Source: Candidatus Poribacteria bacterium (GTDB lineage Bacteria; Poribacteria; WGA-4E; WGA-3G). From it: DNA of 64,000 nucleotides. Shown here piece after piece: positions 39,675-50,207 of the stretch. Numbering within the stretch: position 1 is the stretch's first letter; each line of letters starts with the position of its first letter. The translations under genes were made by a program, and so were the position numbers. The notes below the pieces were generated by a model. It made no database searches. It was not told the origin of the DNA and worked only from the letters and a program-made list of their open reading frames with translations. Location of the stretch: positions 224,001 to 288,000 of the forward strand of contig CBDBFU010000020.1 in assembly GCA_965205025.1 (NCBI GenBank), read 5' to 3'.

Positions 39675-41738
39675 ATGGATTCCTCAAAAAATAATTCAGC
39701 TCTACCAAAGACATATAGTAAGATCGGCGTTGATACCGGTGGTACATTCACAGATATTGTTCTATCTCACGGAACTTCTCTATATACACATAAGGTGGTG
39801 TCCACACCAAATAATCCCGCACATGCCGTCATAAATGGTGTAAATGAGATCTGTAGTTTGTATGGTGAAATGAAAATAAATGAAATCCAGATAATCCATG
39901 GTTCTACTGTGGCAATCAACGCTTTGTTGGAAAGAAAAGGTGCACGAATTGCTCTTGTTACGACAAAAGGGTTTGAGGATGTATTGGAAATTGGAAGACA
40001 GTCGCGTTCTGACCTATACGATTTATATGTTGACCGTCCAAAACAACTAATTCCTTCTGAACTACGTTTCGGAATCACAGAAAGGACATTATATACAGGA
40101 AAAATACAGACTGAAATCCAAAAAGATGAATTTGATTCATTGACTGAAACACTCAACAAGTTAGATTTAGATGCTATTGCGATCTGCTTTTTGTTCTCCT
40201 ATGTCAATCCAAAAAATGAGCAGATTGCAGCTGAATATCTCACAAAACTAAATTTACCAATCTCATGCTCACATCAAATCCTTCCTGAATATAGAGAATA
40301 TGCGCGTTTTAGTACAACAGTTGCCAGTGCTTATGTACGTCCAACATTAGAGAAACATCTAAATACACTTACTGATTCAGATAGATTCGCGTCCTCTCTC
40401 AAGTTAATGCTTTCAAATGGAGGTTGTGTATCTTCAAATAATATTGAATCCTCTGGAATACAAACACTATTATCTGGTCCAGCAGGTGGCGTGATAGGTG
40501 CATATCACATAGCAAAAACTGCTGGATATAATAGGATAATATCTTTTGATATGGGTGGTACTTCTACGGATGTAAGTTTATGCAATGAAGATATATCATT
40601 AACATCTGAAAATACAATAAGTGGTATACCAATTAAATTACCATTAATTGATATACATACTGTTGGTGCAGGTGGTGGGTCTATTGCTATACTTGATTCA
40701 GGAGGTGCTTTACGAGTTGGACCAGAAAGTTCTGGTGCAGTTCCTGGTCCAGTATGTTATGATCGGGGTGGTGAAGATATTACTGTAACAGATGCAAATC
40801 TATTCCTTGGTCGTATTTCAGCAAAATACTTCTTAAACGGTAAAATGTCTCTCTCAACTGATAAGACAAATAATAAGATAGAAGAATTCTCAAATAGAAT
40901 TGGTATTTCACCAATCAAGACTGCTGAAGGAATCCTTCAAATTGCAAATTCTACAATGGTAAGTGCTATCAAAGTCATTTCTGTTGAACGAGGTTACGAT
41001 TGTAGAGATTTTACTCTTGTTTCTTTTGGAGGTGCTGGTGGTTTACATGCAGCATTTCTCGCTGAAAACCTTGGTATACAGACAATACTAATCCCTCCAA
41101 ACGGAGGATTGTTATCTGCCTATGGAATGCTCTATGCAAATGTCATTAAGGATTATTCTCAAACGATTCTCCTACAAATCAAGTCAAAAAAGATAGATGA
41201 AATTGATGAAATTGTCGGACAACTTAGAGAAGGGATGGAAGAATTATTACGCCGAGCACTTGATGATATGGAATATGAAGGATATGACTTCTCTCAGTTA
41301 AATATCCTACGAACCCTTGATATTCGTTATTCTGGACAATCCTATGAATTGAATGTACCTTTTACTGAAGATAGTGTTGATTTCATAGATAAATTTCACT
41401 CAATACATAAGATACGGTTTAGTTATTCTCATCCTGATGCCATGGTAGAAGTGGTTAACCTACGATTATCTGCAATCAAGGAAACCGAAAAACCAAGAAC
41501 GATTTCTGAACCACTAATTAAAGAAATGCCTTTAAATGCATTAATTGATGAGAAATCAGTGGTCTTTGACAATGAGATGTATGATACCAAATTTTATCGT
41601 CGCGAGGAATTGTTACCTGGAAATAGTATTGATGGTCCTGCGATTATCACAGAATTTAGTGCTACAAGTGTTGTTCCACCGAGTTTTTATATCAATGTAG
41701 ATGCATATAGAAATATCATCATGAAAACTAAATCATAA
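39675..41738 (+). CDS. Hydantoinase A/5-oxoprolinase family protein
   Basis: GVDTGGTFTD, SGPAGG, DMGGTSTD, GAGGGS and FGGAGGLH motifs. Confidence 0.92.
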   Translation: MDSSKNNSALPKTYSKIGVDTGGTFTDIVLSHGTSLYTHKVVSTPNNPAHAVINGVNEICSLYGEMKINEIQIIHGSTVAINALLERKGARIALVTTKGFEDVLEIGRQSRSDLYDLYVDRPKQLIPSELRFGITERTLYTGKIQTEIQKDEFDSLTETLNKLDLDAIAICFLFSYVNPKNEQIAAEYLTKLNLPISCSHQILPEYREYARFSTTVASAYVRPTLEKHLNTLTDSDRFASSLKLMLSNGGCVSSNNIESSGIQTLLSGPAGGVIGAYHIAKTAGYNRIISFDMGGTSTDVSLCNEDISLTSENTISGIPIKLPLIDIHTVGAGGGSIAILDSGGALRVGPESSGAVPGPVCYDRGGEDITVTDANLFLGRISAKYFLNGKMSLSTDKTNNKIEEFSNRIGISPIKTAEGILQIANSTMVSAIKVISVERGYDCRDFTLVSFGGAGGLHAAFLAENLGIQTILIPPNGGLLSAYGMLYANVIKDYSQTILLQIKSKKIDEIDEIVGQLREGMEELLRRALDDMEYEGYDFSQLNILRTLDIRYSGQSYELNVPFTEDSVDFIDKFHSIHKIRFSYSHPDAMVEVVNLRLSAIKETEKPRTISEPLIKEMPLNALIDEKSVVFDNEMYDTKFYRREELLPGNSIDGPAIITEFSATSVVPPSFYINVDAYRNIIMKTKS

Positions 41739-41889
41739 TCACAGTCAATTGTTTAGCGACTTAATCAATATATGAATTTGACATATACAATTAGGTGTGT
41801 TAGGATTTACCTATTCTATCTATAGTAAGTATAGGATATGGAATTCTATCAAACAGTCTGGTCAAATCATTTAAGTAAGGAGTTAAATC

Positions 41890-42639
41890 ATGAAGACAAT
41901 AGCGATTACGTTATCTATTCTTTCCGTATTCTTATTTGTTAGTATAGGAATTGCTGCAGATGATGCAACTTTAGTAGCATATTATTCATTTGACGGGAAT
42001 GCTGAAGATGGTTCTGGAAACGGAAACAATGGTGAGATTAAGAATGGATCTAAATTTGATAAAGGTAAATTCGGAGACGCTATTTATCTTGATGTAGGTG
42101 CACACGTTGAGATGACTGTGTCTGAAACCCTTCATGGAGACCTATTTAAGAGTGATCCGTTTACTATATCAGTATGGATAAATCCTACCTTTGAAGGCGG
42201 GGCATGGCAACAAATATGGAGAAGTTTACCTACAGCATCTGGACATAATACATTTTTTGTAAATAAAGATCAAGGTTTATTATCTTGGCGCGGACAGGTC
42301 GGAGGTTGGACAGTTCTTTGTCAAACCGATGGAGGAATTGTAAAAAAAGATGTTTGGACTCATGTTGTAGTTCAGAGTGATGGTAAGAATTTCAGAATTT
42401 ATGCAAATGGAGAAAAGGTGCAAGAATCTGAATTCCAAGAAACACGTGGGAATAATCAAATCTACAGATTAGGAGGAGAAGGGGGTGAAGGATATGGTGG
42501 TGCATTGGATGACGCTGCTATATTCTCCAGAGCATTAGATGAAAATGAGATTAAAGCTATTATGAAAGGTTATGAGGAGTTTGCCCCTATAGAATCAAAG
42601 GGAAAACTCACTACAATTTGGGGGCGGATTAAACAATAG
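41890..42639 (+). CDS. Secreted LamG-domain protein with C-terminal WGxxK tail
   Basis: Signal peptide, LVAYYSFDG, FTISVWI, WTHV, LDD.AIFSRAL; ends PIESKGKLTTIWGRIKQ. Confidence 0.85.
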   Translation: MKTIAITLSILSVFLFVSIGIAADDATLVAYYSFDGNAEDGSGNGNNGEIKNGSKFDKGKFGDAIYLDVGAHVEMTVSETLHGDLFKSDPFTISVWINPTFEGGAWQQIWRSLPTASGHNTFFVNKDQGLLSWRGQVGGWTVLCQTDGGIVKKDVWTHVVVQSDGKNFRIYANGEKVQESEFQETRGNNQIYRLGGEGGEGYGGALDDAAIFSRALDENEIKAIMKGYEEFAPIESKGKLTTIWGRIKQ

Positions 42640-42802
42640 TGTAATTTATAATTGTAATTTTATTTCTCTACAAGTTGTTAAACAGATATAAAATTCCTGT
42701 AAACGATAATATCCATATCCGGGTTGTCCTTATCATCATTGGTGATAAAGTTGACAAACCCAGATATGGAGGTTATTATTTAATAGGGAAAAGAGATAGA
42801 TT

Positions 42803-43570
42803 GTGGAAACACCAGAAACAATTACATGTAGAAATTGTAATAGTGAAATTGAATTAGACACGTTTACTAAGAATTTAAATGTGTGTCCAGACTGTGATGC
42901 TCATTACCCATTAAGTGCATCTAATCGGATGAAGCTTCTTGTTGATACCGATAGTTTTGAGGAATATGATACAAACCTATACTCTATTGATGCCCTTGAA
43001 TTTCCAGAATATCCTGAAAAACTTGACAGAGATATAAATAAGACTGGACTTAGATCTGAGATGTTATCTGGAATTGCAAAAATTGGTGGTATCTCAGTTG
43101 CAATAGCAATTGGAGATGTAGGTTTTATAGGTGGAACATGTGGAGCAGTAATCGGAGAAAAAGTCACTCGTTGTATTGAAATGGCAGGAGAGAAGAATCT
43201 TCCACTTGTTATCGTATCGGTTAGTGGAGGTATGCGAATGCAGGAAGGAACTTTAGCGTTAATGCAGATGGCGAAGACTGCTGCTGCTTGTTCAGAATAT
43301 GTTAATAATGGAGGATTCTATATTTCAATTGTCACTGATCCCACATTTGGAGGTGCTACAGCAAGTTATACATCACTTGGAGATGTGATTATAGCTGAAC
43401 CTGGGGCACGTGTTGGTTTTGCTGGTCCACTTGCTGTTGCCAGTTTACAGGAGGAGTTACCAGAAGATTTTCAAAAGGCAGAATCATTAGTTACCCACGG
43501 TTTTATAGATCATATTGTCCATCGAAACGAGATGCGACAATTACTTACCCATTTGATTTCATATACTTGA
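42803..43570 (+). CDS. accD: Acetyl-CoA carboxylase carboxyltransferase beta subunit
   Basis: Zn-ribbon CxxC..CxxC, SGGMRMQEG, MQMAK, PT.GG..AS and GFAGP motifs. Confidence 0.88.
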   Translation: METPETITCRNCNSEIELDTFTKNLNVCPDCDAHYPLSASNRMKLLVDTDSFEEYDTNLYSIDALEFPEYPEKLDRDINKTGLRSEMLSGIAKIGGISVAIAIGDVGFIGGTCGAVIGEKVTRCIEMAGEKNLPLVIVSVSGGMRMQEGTLALMQMAKTAAACSEYVNNGGFYISIVTDPTFGGATASYTSLGDVIIAEPGARVGFAGPLAVASLQEELPEDFQKAESLVTHGFIDHIVHRNEMRQLLTHLISYT

Positions 43571-43867
43571 TTATATCACATCACTATCTTTCATTCTCAG
43601 TTGTTAGTGTAATTTGAGGAAATCTATTTCTTGATTCTTTGATAGATTCATCCTCTATCCCATTGTAGTAAATTCCCCAGCGATAGCGCACTGACAATGT
43701 AGTAAAACTTTCATTTCTGTTACTTTAAAAGAATTTAGACGTATTAAATAACGATAACCACATATAAACAAACTGAGAGTACTAACAAAAATAAGCAAAA
43801 GGTAGACTATGTATTCGTACTCATTTCATTAGACCCACAATGTTTAAGAAGGAAAAAGTAGAAGAAA

Positions 43868-46144
43868 ATGCCAAAATCATTAGTAGTTGTTGAATCCCCA
43901 GCAAAAGCAAAAACCATAGAAAAAATACTTGGGAAGGATTATATTGTCGACTCTTCAGTTGGACATATACGCGATCTACCTAAAAAGGAACTTGGAGTAG
44001 ATGTAGAGAACAAATTTACTCCTAAATATGTAACAATTCGGGGAAAAGGTCCCGTTGTTAAAGAAATCAGAGAAAAAGCTAAAAATGTCGATTGTATCTA
44101 TCTTGCTGCCGACCCTGATAGGGAAGGTGAGGCAATATGTTGGCACTTAGCAGAAGAATTAAAAAGAACCCAAAAGCCTATCCATCGTATCGTATATAAT
44201 GAGGTAACACAGAACGCAATATTGGAGGCGATTCAAAATCCAGGTACTATTGACCAAGCCCTTGTAGACGCACAACAAGCAAGACGTATATTAGATAGAC
44301 TTGTAGGTTGGAAAATAAGTCCTCTCTTATGGAGAAGTGTGAAACCTGGGTTAAGTGCTGGAAGAGTTCAATCTGTTGCTGTTCGACTAATTTGTGAACG
44401 AGAAGCAGAAATTGAAGCATTTAAACCTCAGGAATATTGGTCACTCACTGCCGCTTTGACTCCAATAGAAAAAGAACATCTGTTTCCTGCAAAATTACAT
44501 CGAATCGGCTCAAAAAAAGGAGAAATTAACAACTACGGTTTCTGTATTGACGAAAAACAAGCAAAAGAACATACTGCCGAAGCAAAAAAACATGATTTTA
44601 TTGTTGAGAAGATACAAAAAAAGGAACGGCAGCAAAAACCTGTTGCTCCGTTTAAGACAAGTACTTTACAACAGGAAGCCGCTCGTAAGCTACGTTTTAC
44701 TGCAAAAAGAACAATGATGGTCGCACAAACATTATATGAAGGCTTGGAAATTGGAAAAGAAGGTTTACAAGGTCTCATTACATATATGCGTACAGATTCT
44801 ACAAGAATCGCTCAAGATGCAATAGTTGAAGTGAGAGATTATATTAAGAAAACATTTGGTGATTCATATTTACCATCTCGCTCTGTCAACTACGCAACCA
44901 ACAAGAGTGCACAAGATGCACATGAAGCAATACGGCCAACAATACCATTACGTAGTCCGGAATCATTAAAATCATACCTTTCTAAAGATCAATATAAATT
45001 ATATGAATTGATCTGGAAAAGATTTATTGCCTGTCAAATGAAACCTACCATCCTTGATGCTACAACAATTGATATAAAAGCAGGAAAATACATATTTCGT
45101 GCTACTGGTTCTGTAATTAAATTTGACGGTTTTAGACGTATTTATATGGAAGGTCAAGATGATGTTGAAACAAACGACGATAATCCCAATCCTGAAAATA
45201 CTACATTACCAGATGTCAAGGAAGGTGAAAAACTTGACCTTAGAAAGTTAACACCCAAACAACATTTTACTCAACCACCTCCACGATATAATGAAGCAAC
45301 ACTTGTTAAGGCGTTAGAGGCAAAAGAAATTGGAAGACCCAGTACCTATGCATCTATTCTCTCCATAATTCAAGATCGCGGTTATGTCTCAAAGGAGAGT
45401 AATCGTCTTCACCCAACAGATATAGGTCGTCTTGTTAATACACTCTTAATTAGCGGGTTTCCAGATATTGTTGATGTTGAATTTACAAAGGAAATGGAAC
45501 TGAAGCTTGATACAATAGCTGAAGGTGATGTGGATTGGATAGATACACTGGGTGAATTTTACCCACCATTTCAAGAGGCATTAGAGAAAGCCCCTGATAA
45601 GATGTATGAAGCTCGTAAGGCATTAGAGACAGAATCAGACGAGAAATGTGAAAAATGTGGGGGAGGAATGATCGTAAAATGGGGAAGATATGGTCGTTTC
45701 TTGGGGTGTGCCAATTATCCTGATTGTAAAAATATCAAAGCTTTAAATCAAGATGAAACCCCTGTTGAAGAACCTGAAGAAACAGATACACCTTGTGACA
45801 AATGTGGTGAACCCATGGTTATAAAGCAAAGTAGAGTTGGAGCAAAATTCTTGGCTTGTAGTACATATCCCAAATGTAAAAATGCCAAACCAGTTCCTAT
45901 GGGTGTAGACTGTCCAGAATCAGATTGTGATGGTTATTTAGGAGAACGTCGTAGTAAACGTGGGAAAGTTTTTTATGGATGTAGTAACTACCCAACATGT
46001 GGATTTGCAAGTTGGGATAAGCCTCTTGCTGATGCTTGTCCAGAATGTGATTCACCTTATCTCGTAGAAAAAGTAAATAAAGAGGGTGTTTCTTTTCATG
46101 CTTGTGCATCTAAAACCTGTGATTTTACTAATCAGGTAGCATAG
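43868..46144 (+). CDS. topA: DNA topoisomerase I
   Basis: VESPAK, DPDREGE, SAGRVQS, ITYMRTD, AHEAIRP and C-terminal Zn ribbons. Confidence 0.97.
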   Translation: MPKSLVVVESPAKAKTIEKILGKDYIVDSSVGHIRDLPKKELGVDVENKFTPKYVTIRGKGPVVKEIREKAKNVDCIYLAADPDREGEAICWHLAEELKRTQKPIHRIVYNEVTQNAILEAIQNPGTIDQALVDAQQARRILDRLVGWKISPLLWRSVKPGLSAGRVQSVAVRLICEREAEIEAFKPQEYWSLTAALTPIEKEHLFPAKLHRIGSKKGEINNYGFCIDEKQAKEHTAEAKKHDFIVEKIQKKERQQKPVAPFKTSTLQQEAARKLRFTAKRTMMVAQTLYEGLEIGKEGLQGLITYMRTDSTRIAQDAIVEVRDYIKKTFGDSYLPSRSVNYATNKSAQDAHEAIRPTIPLRSPESLKSYLSKDQYKLYELIWKRFIACQMKPTILDATTIDIKAGKYIFRATGSVIKFDGFRRIYMEGQDDVETNDDNPNPENTTLPDVKEGEKLDLRKLTPKQHFTQPPPRYNEATLVKALEAKEIGRPSTYASILSIIQDRGYVSKESNRLHPTDIGRLVNTLLISGFPDIVDVEFTKEMELKLDTIAEGDVDWIDTLGEFYPPFQEALEKAPDKMYEARKALETESDEKCEKCGGGMIVKWGRYGRFLGCANYPDCKNIKALNQDETPVEEPEETDTPCDKCGEPMVIKQSRVGAKFLACSTYPKCKNAKPVPMGVDCPESDCDGYLGERRSKRGKVFYGCSNYPTCGFASWDKPLADACPECDSPYLVEKVNKEGVSFHACASKTCDFTNQVA

Positions 46145-46220
46145 TATATTATTTTATAATACAGCATGTTTATATTACTTCATCTAATGAGAATACAATA
46201 TCTTTGGAATTTAAGATCTC

Positions 46221-46892
46221 ATGATACAGCTTCATCAAGTAAGTTATGCATATAGAGACTTAAGTGTACTTGAGAGAGCAAGTTTCCGATTAGAACGAGG
46301 AGAATTCGGGTTTCTCGTGGGTGAAAGTGGATCTGGCAAAAGTACACTTTTAAAACTCTTATATAGAGAATTGTATCCTACCGCAGGGTCAATCAGTGTT
46401 TTAGGACAACATTTATCCGATCTGACACCCTCTACACTTCCATTTTTCAGACGTAAAATAGGAATTATATTTCAAGATAATAAACTGCTCGAAACAAAGA
46501 CTGTTCAACAGAATCTTGAAATTCCGCAGAAATTAATTGGAACAAAATTTAAAATATTACGAGAAAATGTAAATAATTTACTTCACCAAATGGGATTAAT
46601 TCATCATAAGGATTCACATCCATCAGAGATTTCAAGAAATGAACGACAAAGATTGGCAATTGCTATGGCAATCATTAATAGTCCTTTGTTGATTCTTGCG
46701 GATCAACCGACAGAAATATTAGATCCTGAATTAACCCTTGAAATGCTATCCTTATTAGATGCTTTAAACTTTCAGGGTACAACAGTATTAGTCACTACAT
46801 CAGACCCTGAATTACCGAATAATTATTCTCAAAAGAAGAATACCAACCCAAAACGTGTTTTTACTTTGAAGGATGGACAAATAACTACTTAG
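46221..46892 (+). CDS. ftsE: FtsE-like ABC ATP-binding protein with degenerate motifs
   Basis: GESGSGKST, RRKIG.IFQD..LL; precedes ftsX. Signature reads ISRNE, Walker B reads ADQPT, H-loop reads TTS. Confidence 0.8.
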   Translation: MIQLHQVSYAYRDLSVLERASFRLERGEFGFLVGESGSGKSTLLKLLYRELYPTAGSISVLGQHLSDLTPSTLPFFRRKIGIIFQDNKLLETKTVQQNLEIPQKLIGTKFKILRENVNNLLHQMGLIHHKDSHPSEISRNERQRLAIAMAIINSPLLILADQPTEILDPELTLEMLSLLDALNFQGTTVLVTTSDPELPNNYSQKKNTNPKRVFTLKDGQITT

Positions 46893-46973
46893 ATCTATTT
46901 GGAAATATACATCTAAATACAATCTTAAGTTTAATTCTGGTTAGATTATACTCTACATTTTAGATATTAACAA

Positions 46974-47831
46974 ATGCGATATAAGATCGAAAATGCATTA
47001 GGTCATATTAGACATTCAGGATTGAATAATTTCATATGTCTAATTGCCCTTGCGTTTTTCATATTAATCCTCACAACCTTCTTATTCAATAATAGTTCAG
47101 TCTATAAAGAACTTAAACTTAAAAACTCCAGTCCTCCACTACTCGCTTTTTTAAATGATACAGTTGTAGAAGATGATGCTCGTGTGTTTGCAAACCAAAT
47201 ACAAAAAAATCATAAGATTCTCTATATACACTATATTTCTAAGCAAGAGAATTTTAACCGATATGAGAAACAACTTGGATCACTTGGTAGGTGGATTAAA
47301 GATAGTTATTCGGGAAGTAATCCATTTCCCGCCTCACTGGAAATATATGTTGAACCTTCAGGAGTTAGTAGAACATCTTTAGAGAAAATAGCATATGAAA
47401 TAGAAGCATACGATAAGGTTGATGATGTAAAACTTACCGGTTATGGAGTTTTCTCAGATCTTTTTCGTCAGACAAACCGAATGACTATTGCGTGTATAAC
47501 AATATCTGTTCTAATTACTCTCTTTATTATAACAGCTGCAGTATCAAGAACAGGAAGAATTCGACAAACAGAAATTCAATTGTTAGACTTAATTGGGGCA
47601 ACTCGAGCATATCTAAAAACACCTTTCTTATTTCATGGAATGTTCCTGGGTTTATTCGGTTGCATAATTGGGGTCACCAGTTTCTATATTTTATATATGA
47701 TATTCACATTTCAACTTGGTATACTTGACTTTATTCCTGTTTATCAAGTATTTGGTGTCATTTTTTCAGGTGGAATAATTGGATTAATTGCTGGAATTTT
47801 TGCACATAGAAAGTGTTTAAAAACCTTATAG
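46974..47831 (+). CDS. ftsX: Cell division permease FtsX-like
   Basis: Four TM helices; YISK, NPFPASLE and R..EI..L.LIGAT..Y...PF motifs. Confidence 0.85.
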   Translation: MRYKIENALGHIRHSGLNNFICLIALAFFILILTTFLFNNSSVYKELKLKNSSPPLLAFLNDTVVEDDARVFANQIQKNHKILYIHYISKQENFNRYEKQLGSLGRWIKDSYSGSNPFPASLEIYVEPSGVSRTSLEKIAYEIEAYDKVDDVKLTGYGVFSDLFRQTNRMTIACITISVLITLFIITAAVSRTGRIRQTEIQLLDLIGATRAYLKTPFLFHGMFLGLFGCIIGVTSFYILYMIFTFQLGILDFIPVYQVFGVIFSGGIIGLIAGIFAHRKCLKTL

Positions 47832-47983
47832 ATATAATCTAACATTTGATTACCTGAAAATTTAATCTTGTATAATCCAATTAAAGACATATACCTACAC
47901 AACATACCACCTTATATCCTTAGTGTTTTTATCTCCTAAATACAATATTAATATCTCTATAAGATTCCAGCATTACAACAGTG

Positions 47984-48114
47984 TATCTCATAAATACGAA
48001 TTGTTCACAACGATATAATTTCTCTTCGTAGGGACGGGGTCTCCCCGTCCGTTGTTCCAATATAAAGTACATGGTAAGATCGAAGAACTATCAAATTATG
48101 TGATTTATGAGATA
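47984..48114. repeat. MITE-like element: 12-bp TIRs enclosing a GTAG-REP hairpin
   Basis: tatctcataaat ... atttatgagata around gtag-ggacgggg-tct-ccccgtcc (48028-48050); related copy at 62879-62990. Confidence 0.7.
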
Positions 48115-48438
48115 GGCTTATGATATATAGTAAAATCCAATAAATATCCTATTCAACCTGTAATTATTGTATAAATTCGTTTTTTGACTCAGTTAAGATT
48201 AGGAATTCTTATCATTGAAGTGAAATTTAATTATCTTTGTAATATCGATAACTGAAGTTTAATGTGCATAGACTTAGGTAAATACCTGTCACCATAATAG
48301 TATAACTCCTATCAATATAATGACTGATTTTTCAAATGATTTCTTTGATGTCCATTTGTTAGAAATACATTATAGGATATGTCAAAATTAACCCTGACTT
48401 AGTTGTCAAACATACGGTACATTTATGGGCAAATAATA

Positions 48439-50199
48439 ATGAAAAATATAGAAATAAGTAAGACTTTTTACAATATCGCCGCACTACTTCAAGTTCGAGG
48501 AGAACCCTCATTCCGTTTTCGCTCATACGAAAAAGCAGCAAGAATTATTTCTGATTTAACAGTTGAAGCGAGTGAATTAATTGAATCAGGAAAATTTCAA
48601 GACATACAAGGAATAGGGAAGACAATAGAAGAGAAAACCAAAGAGATATTAGAAACCGGAACCTGCAAGGCTTATGATAAACTTATAGATGAGATGGGAG
48701 TTGGGGTTCTGGAACTCTTAGATATTCAAGGAATTGGACCCAAAACTGCCAATCGACTTTATACGGATCACGAAATTAAAAATATAGATCAACTTGCTAA
48801 CGCGCTTGAGAATGGTAGTCTTCAGCAGATAAAAGGCTTAGGAAAAAAAACACTGGTAACGATTGCTGAAAGTCTGGATTTTCTATCATCAACACGCGGA
48901 TCTCGAATTATTTCAATGTCATTTGCATTAATGGCAAAAATAACTGAAATTCTCAAGGACTGTCCCGATATTAGTCGTTTTGAAATTACTGGAGACCTAC
49001 GCAGAAGAGAAGAGGAATGTCGTAGTCTTGAATTTGTTATTGAGTGTGGACAAGATATAGAGAATACTGGAAATGAGTTGATTGAGGTACTAAAAGATAA
49101 TAATTATCAGGTATTCAAACACCTACCTTCTATTCAGGAACAATCTGATAGGTCGCGTTTATTACAAGATATAGAAACACTCTATTTTTATATAGATAAC
49201 GATTTTCTTGTAGCAATATATTTATGTACAACAGGAAATTATGAGTCAACTCTTTTCGTTTCAACAACTACTGATGAACACTTCATTGCCCTACCAATTG
49301 ACAACCTAACAAACAATTCAAAAGAATTGTCTGGATTCTGGGAGGAAACCAAGAATCATAATGAAGTAAATATCTTTAAGAAGTTAGAGATGAGTTACAT
49401 ACCTCCGGAACTCCGTCAATGCAGTGATTCAGTATCATTAGCATTAGAAGACAAGCTTCCGTCTTTGTTGGAATTTAATGACATGCGAGGAGATTTACAT
49501 TCACATACTGAGTGGAGTGATGGTAGAAATACAATGAATGAAATGGTGGCAACTGCCAAAAAGCTTGAGTTGGAGTATTTTGCTATCACTGATCATTCTG
49601 TTTCATCTACTGTTGCAAATGGTTTAGACGAAGAACGTTTGTTGCAACAGTTAGAACATGTGCATAAAAAAGATGCTACAACAGATGGAATCATTCTACT
49701 TGCAGGGTCAGAAGTAGATATAAGAAGAGATGGAAGTCTTGATTACTCTAATGAAGTACTTGCTCAATTGGATATAGTTGTGGCAAGTATCCATAGCCAT
49801 TTTAATATTTCAGAAGTTGAGATGACAAATAGAATGATTAGTGCTATTGAAAACCCCTATGTTAATATCATTGGTCATCCAACAGGACGACTACTCGGCA
49901 GAAGACCGATGTATCCTATAAATATGGATGAAGTTTTAGCTGCTGCAGCAGAACATAATAAGATAATGGAAATCAATGGATCCCCAAGTAGATTGGATTT
50001 AGGACCAGAATATGTCCGTAAAGGTAAAGAGTTGGGAATTCTCTTTACTGTCAACACAGATGCACATTCGATACCACAATTTGAACGTAGAGAATATGGT
50101 GTGAATGTTGCCCGTCGTAGTGGGTTATCTAAAGAGGATGTAATTAATACTTATTCTATCGAGAGACTTCGTGAAACATTGAAAGAAACAAGAAAGTAG
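48439..50199 (+). CDS. polX: DNA polymerase X / PHP-domain protein, altered polymerase active site
   Basis: HhH motifs GIGKT and GIGPKT, YIPPELR; PHP motifs DLHSHT, TDH, GHPTGR, TDAH. Confidence 0.9.
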   Translation: MKNIEISKTFYNIAALLQVRGEPSFRFRSYEKAARIISDLTVEASELIESGKFQDIQGIGKTIEEKTKEILETGTCKAYDKLIDEMGVGVLELLDIQGIGPKTANRLYTDHEIKNIDQLANALENGSLQQIKGLGKKTLVTIAESLDFLSSTRGSRIISMSFALMAKITEILKDCPDISRFEITGDLRRREEECRSLEFVIECGQDIENTGNELIEVLKDNNYQVFKHLPSIQEQSDRSRLLQDIETLYFYIDNDFLVAIYLCTTGNYESTLFVSTTTDEHFIALPIDNLTNNSKELSGFWEETKNHNEVNIFKKLEMSYIPPELRQCSDSVSLALEDKLPSLLEFNDMRGDLHSHTEWSDGRNTMNEMVATAKKLELEYFAITDHSVSSTVANGLDEERLLQQLEHVHKKDATTDGIILLAGSEVDIRRDGSLDYSNEVLAQLDIVVASIHSHFNISEVEMTNRMISAIENPYVNIIGHPTGRLLGRRPMYPINMDEVLAAAAEHNKIMEINGSPSRLDLGPEYVRKGKELGILFTVNTDAHSIPQFERREYGVNVARRSGLSKEDVINTYSIERLRETLKETRK

Positions 50200-50207
50200 A
50201 AGGAGAA

